From: a virus
Virus record (IMG/VR): IMGVR_UViG_3300021509_000003
DNA: 40,145 nucleotides
Strand: one strand, 5' to 3'
The position numbers were made by a program, and so were the translations under genes. The notes under the pieces were generated by a model. The model was not told where the DNA came from. It saw nothing but the letters and a program-made list of their open reading frames with translations, and ran no database searches. Below, one piece after another: positions 24,989-32,787 of the stretch (positions are counted from its first letter, which is position 1; each line of letters starts with the position of its first letter).

Positions 24989-26014
24989 TTACCCTGTGGG
25001 TCTTTTTAGTTTTTTAATTGCATTAATTAAATGTTCTTTTGTTAAATGTGAATAAATAAGTGTAGTAGATATATCACTATGCCCTAAAAGTTCTTGCACT
25101 GTTCTTAAATCCACCCCCGCCATGATAAGTTTGCTAGCAAAAGTATGTCTAAGACAATGTAAAGTGTAACCTTCAAGACCTGCTTGTTTAAACCAGGTAG
25201 AGAATTTTTTACTTACATATTTAGGGTCAAAACTTTTAAATATTTTGCCAATTTTAATAACTTCCGGATCATTATTCATTTCTTGGATAATTTCTTTCAA
25301 TTCAGAACTAATTGGTACATATCTTATTTTCTTGGTTTTGGTTTTTCTAAAAAGGATAAAACCATCTTTTATGTCTTGCCAATTAAGATTAAGCACTTCG
25401 TTTCTTCTGGCTCCTGTATTTAGATAAAATTCAAATAGCCAACGCCATTGTGTGTCTTTGATTTGCTTTCTCACAGCATTTATTTGTTTATCTGTAAGAA
25501 ATTTAAGCGGTTTTTCCTGGATTGATAGTTGTTTATAACCTGATAATTGATTATACTTTAAATATCCCCATTCAACTGCTTTTGAAAAAGCAGCCTTTAT
25601 GGTGCGGATGTCTATATTACATGTAGCTCTGGATTGGCCTTGTTTAAGCCTCATGTTAACTAATTTATCTAAATGTTTCTTATTGATTGCTTTAATATCT
25701 AAATTGCCAGTAATCTGTCTGAGTAATCTAAAAGCATTCTGAGCAATACGATAGCTGGCTTCAGATAAATATTTTTCAATATAGTCAAGATATTCTTGAA
25801 CAAAATCGTCTAGTCTAACAGTTCTTTCAAGAAGGCTAAGTTTTCTTAATAAATATTCCCTTTTTGCTTTGGTGAAAATAACCTGGGCCTCAGCTTTATT
25901 TTTTGTGCCGAGGCTTTTTTTCCGCCGTCGGCCATTCTCAGACCAATAAATATACCATACGCCATTGTCTCTCTTTTTTAGGCGCATGATTATGCTTAGC
26001 CTATCAGGAATCAT
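24989..26014 (-). CDS. int: Tyrosine site-specific integrase
   Basis: C-terminal catalytic region HCLRHTFASKLIMAGVDLRTVQELLGHSDISTTLIYSHL with the R...HxxR...Y signature. Confidence 0.9.
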   Translation of the reverse strand: MIPDRLSIIMRLKKRDNGVWYIYWSENGRRRKKSLGTKNKAEAQVIFTKAKREYLLRKLSLLERTVRLDDFVQEYLDYIEKYLSEASYRIAQNAFRLLRQITGNLDIKAINKKHLDKLVNMRLKQGQSRATCNIDIRTIKAAFSKAVEWGYLKYNQLSGYKQLSIQEKPLKFLTDKQINAVRKQIKDTQWRWLFEFYLNTGARRNEVLNLNWQDIKDGFILFRKTKTKKIRYVPISSELKEIIQEMNNDPEVIKIGKIFKSFDPKYVSKKFSTWFKQAGLEGYTLHCLRHTFASKLIMAGVDLRTVQELLGHSDISTTLIYSHLTKEHLINAIKKLKRPTG

Positions 26015-26017
26015 TTG

Positions 26018-26806
26018 TCAAATTCCTAAAATTTTTTCTAATTTAGGTAATTCCTGTAATTTGGGGAAATTAGGGAATTCTTGCAATTCAGGTAAATCAG
26101 GATATGCCCTAAAAAGATTATCCTTTAAAAATACTGGTATATTATTTTCTTTTGCTTTTTTAATTATTTTCTCTACCCACTCACGCTTAGGCGGTTTATA
26201 TGGATTTGTTTGAGCACCAATAATAACCCAATTAGGAAATTGCTCCCCTTCAAAATTATTAAAATAATCCACAAAAACTTCAGCTAGTAAGGGTTCAAAA
26301 GAAATGAACTTAATATTGTCATTTTTCAAAAATCGTCTTAAAACTACATCCCTTCTTTCTCCATAAGTAATTGTAACCCCTAACCAGCAATTCTTTGGGA
26401 ATTTATATTTTGTATATGTCCCAGGAAATTTAGTAAGGAATTGAAAAATGTGTTGTGGATAACGTTCAATCTTATCTAGCACAAAAGACATCCATTCTTT
26501 TTTCCACCATCTAATATCACTCATAGAATTTACAAAAATCCGTAAACGTTTTAAGGGATATAAAAGTTTGCCATAATTTTTAAACATAAAAATAGGTTCA
26601 AATTGTTTTATTTGTGCCCGTAAAAGAGGTTTTGTAAGAGGTGAAGTTTCAATATTATGCCTTTTCCTATATTCAAATTCTGCATCTGCAATTTTCTTAA
26701 AAAATCTTTTGGCTATTTTACGAGCATAACAATACTCACACCCTGTTTTACATCCCCAAACTGGGTTCCAAACCCTATCACACCATTCTATTTTTGTTTT
26801 ACCCAT
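26018..26806 (-). CDS. Gp37/Gp68-like protein with N-terminal CxxxCxxC cluster and C-terminal PELQEFP repeats
   Basis: N-terminus TKIEWCDRVWNPVWGCKTGCEYCYA; C-terminus DLPELQEFPNFPKLQELPKL encoded by DNA repeats. Family name is from memory of the motif. Confidence 0.4.
   Translation of the reverse strand: MGKTKIEWCDRVWNPVWGCKTGCEYCYARKIAKRFFKKIADAEFEYRKRHNIETSPLTKPLLRAQIKQFEPIFMFKNYGKLLYPLKRLRIFVNSMSDIRWWKKEWMSFVLDKIERYPQHIFQFLTKFPGTYTKYKFPKNCWLGVTITYGERRDVVLRRFLKNDNIKFISFEPLLAEVFVDYFNNFEGEQFPNWVIIGAQTNPYKPPKREWVEKIIKKAKENNIPVFLKDNLFRAYPDLPELQEFPNFPKLQELPKLEKILGI
26021..26087. repeat. Three copies of a 13-bp AATTCYTNNAATT motif at ~27-bp spacing just upstream of int
   Basis: aattcctaaaatt (26021), aattcctgtaatt (26049), aattcttgcaatt (26075). 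Confidence 0.5.
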
Positions 26807-27122
26807 CTTTTTCTATTTCCTTTGTTGGTTTTTTAAAGTATTGCATAACACTATCATACCAGTTTATTTTTCTTATTTCTTCTTTTGTAAACCTCAGTTC
26901 TCCTTCATGATACCGAAGAAGATTAATTAGCTCAGAGAAAGCCTTCCCTATTTTGTTTAATTTAATTCTTCCAACGGGGTCATCAGTAATTTTTTCAGGG
27001 CATTCTCGCATTTGTGTTGCTAAAGCCCATAATCTCATAATCACTAAATGTTTATTCATACGCCAATCTTTATTTTTAATATTTCCTGTATTACTTCCTC
27101 TTTGTATCTTTATTTCTTTCAT
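26799..27122 (-). CDS. Hypothetical protein
   Basis: 107-aa ORF in the lysogeny module. Confidence 0.4.
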   Translation of the reverse strand: MKEIKIQRGSNTGNIKNKDWRMNKHLVIMRLWALATQMRECPEKITDDPVGRIKLNKIGKAFSELINLLRYHEGELRFTKEEIRKINWYDSVMQYFKKPTKEIEKDG

Positions 27123-27126
27123 AGTT

Positions 27127-27468
27127 TTACCATTCTGTTATTACTTCTACATTCCATCCCCACTTCGCTAACCAACTTTGTAAATAACGCTGAAGATTAT
27201 GGGCGGTGGGGTCAGCTTCATCTACATAAGCAATCCACCTTCCATCCAACTCTTCTACTTCAAAACATTTCAGGTCTCCCCAATTAATAGCGTCCATATC
27301 AAGACTAAGTTTTTGAATTAACTCCTCGTTAACCGCTTTTATTAGATCTTTATCAGGAACATAAAGACTAGTTATTAACCAGTTAACTAAAGATTGAATA
27401 ATCTTCTTTGCGTCCTCTTTTCTCCTTAATCCTAACCGAACAAACCGGTCAAATTCCTTTTTTTTCAT
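27127..27468 (-). CDS. Hypothetical protein
   Basis: 113-aa ORF. Confidence 0.4.
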   Translation of the reverse strand: MKKKEFDRFVRLGLRRKEDAKKIIQSLVNWLITSLYVPDKDLIKAVNEELIQKLSLDMDAINWGDLKCFEVEELDGRWIAYVDEADPTAHNLQRYLQSWLAKWGWNVEVITEW

Positions 27469-27604
27469 TTCTTGGTTTATATAAATAACAATGATGTTTC
27501 AAAAGATAGCCAAAAATAGAACAACACTTTCCTTTTTTATCCCAATGGGAACATTTATAACATCTCATTAAAACTCCAAAGTTTATTACCTTTTGCCTCA
27601 TTTT

Positions 27605-27811
27605 TTATATTTCTGTCAATATTTTTTTAAGTCTATATTCTTGTTCGCTAGTGTCTTCCATGAATTTTTTTAGCTCTTTTATGCTAAAATAAATCGACCT
27701 GCCTATTCGTTTGTGGGGCACATATGGGCGAACCGCTTTTTTAAAAGTATTTACGCTCATACCACAAAAAGCAGCAGCCTGTTTTTGTTTTATGAAATTT
27801 TTATTTTTCAT
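27605..27811 (-). CDS. AlpA/Xis-like HTH DNA-binding protein (excisionase candidate)
   Basis: QAAAFCGMSVNTFKKAVRPYVPHKRIGRSIYFSIKELKKFM is typical of AlpA-type HTH. Confidence 0.5.
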   Translation of the reverse strand: MKNKNFIKQKQAAAFCGMSVNTFKKAVRPYVPHKRIGRSIYFSIKELKKFMEDTSEQEYRLKKILTEI

Positions 27812-28001
27812 AATATTTTACCAATTCCAACACTACATTTATATGTAAAATTTTATGTTGATAAGAAGGCAGGAATGAATTTGCATAAACCTTTCTCACA
27901 AATTTAACATAGTTTTTATTCTTGATTCCCCTAAAAGCTTGATATCCTGTTAACTGAGCATATGTTTTACATGCCTTTTTCTCTTTATAAGTCAACTTCA
28001 T
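27801..28001 (-). CDS. Hypothetical small protein, first gene downstream of promoter repeat copy 2
   Basis: 66-aa ORF, 11-nt overlap with the next gene. Confidence 0.35.
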   Translation of the reverse strand: MKLTYKEKKACKTYAQLTGYQAFRGIKNKNYVKFVRKVYANSFLPSYQHKILHINVVLELVKYYEK

Positions 28002-28109
28002 TTATTACCTATTTTTTAAAATTAAAATAACACCTCCAAATATCCACAGATAAAGGCAAATACTCAAAAATTCTAACATTTCTATTACCCCCTTTCGTAA
28101 ATTATCAAA

Positions 28110-28149
28110 ATTATACAGCTATTAGTTTAATTTGTCAAGGGGGAAATTA
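28110..28149 (-). promoter_or_regulatory. Perfect consensus sigma70-type promoter (copy 2 of the 40-bp repeat)
   Basis: Identical 40-mer to 23996-24035; about 110 bp upstream of the start at 28001. Confidence 0.55.
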
Positions 28150-28243
28150 ATCCAATAGTTATATTAAAGAAAAAATTTATTCATATTTAGCCGTAGAGAC
28201 AATTTCTTGTATAAGAAGGTAGTTTATGTCATGTTAAGGCAAA

Positions 28244-28260
28244 CCTGCCCGCAGACAGGC
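28244..28260 (-). terminator. GC-rich palindrome at the end of the tail operon
   Basis: cctgcccgcagacaggc; differs at one position from the 17-mer at 4503-4519; followed by UUU on the minus-strand RNA. Confidence 0.4.
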
Positions 28261-28276
28261 AAATATGAAGGTGTTT

Positions 28277-28606
28277 TTACGCTGGTTCATTGCAACTCAT
28301 AAGTTTTTTGAATATACTAGGCTTGCATGGATAAAATCCATCTTCACCTTTAACTATATAGTCTCCTATATTGGCTTTCCTTGCTCCTTTAGGTGTAAAT
28401 ATCTTCAATCCATTTTTTCTCACCACGTTTTCAAACTCTTCCCAAGTCCACTTTCTTGCTGAGGGGTGCAATCCTGTAAAGCCAATAACTTCTCTTAAAT
28501 TATCACCAGTCCATTGTATTGCCTCTATTACAATCGGCTTTTTTCTATACTTTTTAATTGGCATAATGTTCCTCCTGTTAAAGGTATTTTTACGCTGCTC
28601 CTTCAA
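28277..28606 (-). CDS. Hypothetical protein (last gene of tail operon)
   Basis: 109-aa ORF. Confidence 0.4.
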   Translation of the reverse strand: MKEQRKNTFNRRNIMPIKKYRKKPIVIEAIQWTGDNLREVIGFTGLHPSARKWTWEEFENVVRKNGLKIFTPKGARKANIGDYIVKGEDGFYPCKPSIFKKLMSCNEPA

Positions 28607-30953
28607 AATGTCCTGCTGTGAGATATGTATTTGCTACTCCTGGGATTTGTCCTAACCAAAGCAAGTTGCCATCAAAATCAAAGAAGGCAAAAATCCTTGC
28701 TATTATTTCTTCTTGAAAAACATGTTCTGTCCAATCATTAGGATATCCTTCTTGATACCATTTTTCGTCAAGTTCTTTGCTGATTTGCACTATTGCATAT
28801 GTTATTAATATTTTTTCTTCTCCAATAGCTATCCCTACATCTCTAATTTCTGTGCCGCTGCATCCCCAACTTGAGCCATAATAATTTCCATTATATTTTA
28901 AAGCTTCAACAAAAATATATTCTGCGTCTGTAATGTTTTGTATTTCTTTATCAGCAAAATCACATGTAATCTTCCATTTTCCTTGTTCCTCATCGTATGC
29001 ATACCCTATACCAAGTCTTGTAAATCCCGAATTTAAAATATTTGCTCTGTGTCCTTCTGATTGCATCCATTCATTAAAAAGTGTTTCAATTGCTTCTTCT
29101 GTCAAATCTTCATTAACTACTTCTCCTATGTTTTCTCCCCATACATTATATATTATTCCCTGTTCATCATATCGTTGTTGAGGATTTTTACCATCACTAC
29201 CAGTATGAGAGAAAAAATGATTTCTAGCCATATCATTTGAATGCCTTTGTGCGACTACATCTAATGCCCCATCTTCTTCAAGTGCTTCCAATCCTTCATC
29301 AGCTCTTGCCTGATTATGCAATTCTAAAAATTTACTTCTGATATTATCACTTTGAAGTTGTGCTACTTCTTTTGGGATTTCCAGCCTTACTACTTTGCTT
29401 CCTATTTTTACAAAATATTCAAGTTTGAATTTCTGGAATGCCTTAAATTCATCCCAATAATCATCATTATCACTATCTACAAGTTCATTCCAATAGTCAA
29501 AAGCTCTGCTGACAGTATAAACACAAACTTCAATCCAATCCATTCCTATTTGTTTTCTACAATAATTTAAGATAGTTGCATGACAGGGATGGGGAAAGCG
29601 TTCTGATCCCATATCCAGAATTGCAGGATATTTAGCACTATATGTAGTAGTTCCAGCTACAGTGCGAATTTTTGTTTGATGTTCTACATCTATATATCTC
29701 ACAGGAACAGGCATTGCATTTTCTACAGGAGTAGCTGTCCAGTCTTGATATGCTTCGGTCCAACAATCAAAATTGATTTGTAATTTTGCTTCCAGTGTTC
29801 GATGATTATCTTCGTCATTTATGGTCATTACATTTTCTATACTGTGTGGGTAAACCGTGCCATTTACAATGTCAAATCTATGTTTACGAATTCGTTTGAC
29901 AAATGGTGACATCATATGTGGAGAGGCTTCAATTAAATTTATTTCCCAGTCATGATCATCTATAATGTCTGTATATATAGGAATAAAACTAAATATAGTT
30001 TCAAGACTTATCTCACCTCCCATTAAAGGGTAATCTGGTATTTCATTATTAAATTCTTCTTGATGTTCATTCACATAGTTTTGAACATATTGTTTACAAA
30101 AATCTTCTAAATTTATGTCTTGTTCTTTTGTTTTATTGAGTAGATTAAAAGCCTGAAGTTTCATTTTGTTATAATCTGCCCAATATGTCCAGGACCCGTT
30201 TTGCACTTCTTTTATTTTTAAATCAAAATCACTTTTGATAATTATCAACCTGTCATCGCTTACCACTGCAGAATCTACAAATCCATATCCTGTTCTAACA
30301 AATAGTGATGTCATATTATTGTCTCGTTCTCTTCTGTTTGATGCCCATCCCCCATATTCTCTAAACATATCAGGAAGCCAGCCTGAAACATCTACTTCTG
30401 CGATTTGAATTTTCGCAAAAGGGCGCCTTTCACAGGTTCTCATAGTATCAAGCACAGTCGGCTCGTAGTTTATTGAGATGTATTCATAGAAATTTTTTAT
30501 ATCATAGAAAGGCTCGCCTAGCAGAAATTTATATTTTCCTTGATGCTCCCACCAATGGAAAAGGTGAGTTTTGGGCACAACAATTCCTTCGTTCTTAAAC
30601 TCCTTTTCCAAATCAATCAGTTTTTCCCTCAACTCCTCTTTTATTCTAAAATCATTTAATCCGCTTAATTGGACTACTTTCCCACTCTCAAGGCAAAGAC
30701 AAAAATAGCTCTTTGCGCCTCCTCTATATCTTACAATCAAAAGCATACTTCCTTCAGGGCAACTTTCTTGTGGCCTCACTGCTCCAGCAGAAATAAAAAC
30801 CCTTCCCTTTCTACTTGTATGAAGCAAAACAAGGTCGTTAAGGACCACTACATAGTCTCCTACTCTAAATTTGTATTTACTTGCAGGACGCCTTATATGG
30901 CCATCGCTACATAAAATTAATCCATTGTCTAAAACTTTAACTATATAAATCAT
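28590..30953 (-). CDS. Large tail-associated protein with C-terminal CAP/SCP (YkwD-like) domain
   Basis: C-terminal third: HNQARADEGLEAL...HSNDMARNHFFSHTGSDG...WGENIGE...WMQSEGHRANILNSGFTRLGIGYA matches the CAP signature. Confidence 0.55.
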   Translation of the reverse strand: MIYIVKVLDNGLILCSDGHIRRPASKYKFRVGDYVVVLNDLVLLHTSRKGRVFISAGAVRPQESCPEGSMLLIVRYRGGAKSYFCLCLESGKVVQLSGLNDFRIKEELREKLIDLEKEFKNEGIVVPKTHLFHWWEHQGKYKFLLGEPFYDIKNFYEYISINYEPTVLDTMRTCERRPFAKIQIAEVDVSGWLPDMFREYGGWASNRRERDNNMTSLFVRTGYGFVDSAVVSDDRLIIIKSDFDLKIKEVQNGSWTYWADYNKMKLQAFNLLNKTKEQDINLEDFCKQYVQNYVNEHQEEFNNEIPDYPLMGGEISLETIFSFIPIYTDIIDDHDWEINLIEASPHMMSPFVKRIRKHRFDIVNGTVYPHSIENVMTINDEDNHRTLEAKLQINFDCWTEAYQDWTATPVENAMPVPVRYIDVEHQTKIRTVAGTTTYSAKYPAILDMGSERFPHPCHATILNYCRKQIGMDWIEVCVYTVSRAFDYWNELVDSDNDDYWDEFKAFQKFKLEYFVKIGSKVVRLEIPKEVAQLQSDNIRSKFLELHNQARADEGLEALEEDGALDVVAQRHSNDMARNHFFSHTGSDGKNPQQRYDEQGIIYNVWGENIGEVVNEDLTEEAIETLFNEWMQSEGHRANILNSGFTRLGIGYAYDEEQGKWKITCDFADKEIQNITDAEYIFVEALKYNGNYYGSSWGCSGTEIRDVGIAIGEEKILITYAIVQISKELDEKWYQEGYPNDWTEHVFQEEIIARIFAFFDFDGNLLWLGQIPGVANTYLTAGHFEGAA

Positions 30954-31126
30954 TTTTTGGATGCCCCTAACACATAACGATTTGTCCCAGAGATTAAAAT
31001 TACTACTTTTTCCCCTTCTTTTATATGTTCATCAGTTAATGGCTTTGCTATTTTCAACATGCCATCTTTTCTTACTAACCAAGTTCCATCCGGCAGTTTT
31101 TTTATGAGCTTTGCTTCACTATACAT
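30950..31126 (-). CDS. Small hypothetical protein, 58 aa (below the ORF-track cutoff)
   Basis: MYSEAKLIKKLPDGTWLVRKDG...; start overlaps the upstream stop (TAATG) and its stop overlaps the next start (ATGA). Confidence 0.4.
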   Translation of the reverse strand: MYSEAKLIKKLPDGTWLVRKDGMLKIAKPLTDEHIKEGEKVVILISGTNRYVLGASKK

Positions 31127-32787
31127 TAATCACCATATCCCTCAGCTGTTATTCTTGATAACAATTCTGTGCCTTCTGTTGTCTTCTGCATTGTTATTTC
31201 TACATTCTTTACTCGTAAAGGCGGGAGGGCAGCTAGAATGTCATGTAGATCAATTTCTTTTTCTTCTGCTCCTTCTACTTGTTTATTTACACATACATCC
31301 TCATCAATAGAAAGTTCTACATCCGTTCCAGCTTCTATATCATATTGCCCGGGGCCCTCGATTACTACTTGATATTTACATTTTGTTATCCTTTCAATAA
31401 TAGCTGAGAGGTCAGGACATTCTCCCTCAAATTCAATTTCTTTATCTTCTCCTTCACTCCCTATCTCAATAATTATTGTTTCGGTAGCAATTCTATCTTC
31501 ACTTTGTGCAAAAGGTAATGTGGGAATATTGGGTTGAGGTGACATGATTGTCTTTTCACTATCTGCTCTTTCCTGGGCAATCTGTGAAACTTTTTTCCAT
31601 TCTCCGCCTTCATATTCATATACTACCGTCCAATGCACTTCGCTATTTGATATACGCACTATATCCTCTGACACTTTTGAGTATTCAGTATTGCTTTCAT
31701 ATATAACAGCTTCTTGGGGGGTGTTTGGTAAGGCAATTGATTTTGTTGTTACTTCTTGTTTTAAAAAGTCATCTTCATAGAAATATTGTGTATCTTCTAT
31801 ATTTGTTTGGGTTAATTCCTGATTAGTGTATATTTCTTCTTCTGTATGCTTTTTAACAAGTTTTCGGCTTCTAATGAAATATTTATTAACATCATCAATT
31901 TCAGGGTCATATTCAAAAGTAACAATCTTTCTTTTAACCATCCCAAGCTTCCATTTAAGATTATAATTTGCATCTCTATAATATACTTTCCCATAATGTT
32001 CCTCTTTTTCTTCCAGCGTAAATCCTGCCTCTGATGTTACATATCTTACAATCCTATTTATTATTTTTCCTTTGTTGTTATATCTTTCCTCTACTGTACG
32101 CTTTGTTTCTTGATCAATTGTTCTTGGGCTATAGACATTCACAATTAAATTACGCACTCTAGGCGGTTGACTTTTTGTTATAGAAAGTGATTTCAACCAG
32201 AATCCATCTCCAAACTTTAAATTATATGGGCTTCCTATTTCCTGACAATATAAAACCTTTACAGCATTTTTAGTAATGTACACATCAGCCGTTCTCACAA
32301 TCTGATTGAATGGCGCTAATAATTCTTCAAGACATTTTTTGAACGTGCCCACATAGCTTTTAACAGGATTTATAAGAGATACAACTTTGTAATTAAGCCG
32401 GCTGTCCCAATACAAATCCACTCCTGCCTGTTCGGCAAGCAATTTAGCTACTTGCCCAGATGTAATATCTCCAATCAATACAGGAGATAATCCTTCTGCT
32501 AATCTGCCATCATAACATACATAACACATAACCTCTTTTTGTATTTTTTGTGAAATATTGCTTAAAAATTCAACTGTTGCTACATATTCTTGATTCCGCA
32601 AAGATAAATTTATTCTCTGCCACTTACCATCTAAAGATATAGTTTTTGCAGTCCCAGGAATATTGATTGTAACTTCACATTCTTGAGTTTTTGCATATTT
32701 TATGCACTCCCAGTCAGGAATTTCATATTCCCCTATGGGTGCTATATTTACATCATATCTTATAGACTTACGCTTGACTTCGCTCAT
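31126..32787 (-). CDS. Tail/baseplate structural protein
   Basis: 553-aa ORF in the distal tail block, ATGA-coupled to the upstream gene; contains an in-frame CCTGCC-N5-GGCAaG copy at 32423-32439. Confidence 0.4.
   Translation of the reverse strand: MSEVKRKSIRYDVNIAPIGEYEIPDWECIKYAKTQECEVTINIPGTAKTISLDGKWQRINLSLRNQEYVATVEFLSNISQKIQKEVMCYVCYDGRLAEGLSPVLIGDITSGQVAKLLAEQAGVDLYWDSRLNYKVVSLINPVKSYVGTFKKCLEELLAPFNQIVRTADVYITKNAVKVLYCQEIGSPYNLKFGDGFWLKSLSITKSQPPRVRNLIVNVYSPRTIDQETKRTVEERYNNKGKIINRIVRYVTSEAGFTLEEKEEHYGKVYYRDANYNLKWKLGMVKRKIVTFEYDPEIDDVNKYFIRSRKLVKKHTEEEIYTNQELTQTNIEDTQYFYEDDFLKQEVTTKSIALPNTPQEAVIYESNTEYSKVSEDIVRISNSEVHWTVVYEYEGGEWKKVSQIAQERADSEKTIMSPQPNIPTLPFAQSEDRIATETIIIEIGSEGEDKEIEFEGECPDLSAIIERITKCKYQVVIEGPGQYDIEAGTDVELSIDEDVCVNKQVEGAEEKEIDLHDILAALPPLRVKNVEITMQKTTEGTELLSRITAEGYGD

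Noticed and set aside
24905-24990. Reading the tRNA-like segment as a complete second tRNA gene
   Set aside because: No T-arm (GTTCnAnnC) or 3' acceptor strand complementary to GGAGAGA on either strand; only the 5' half is tRNA-like.
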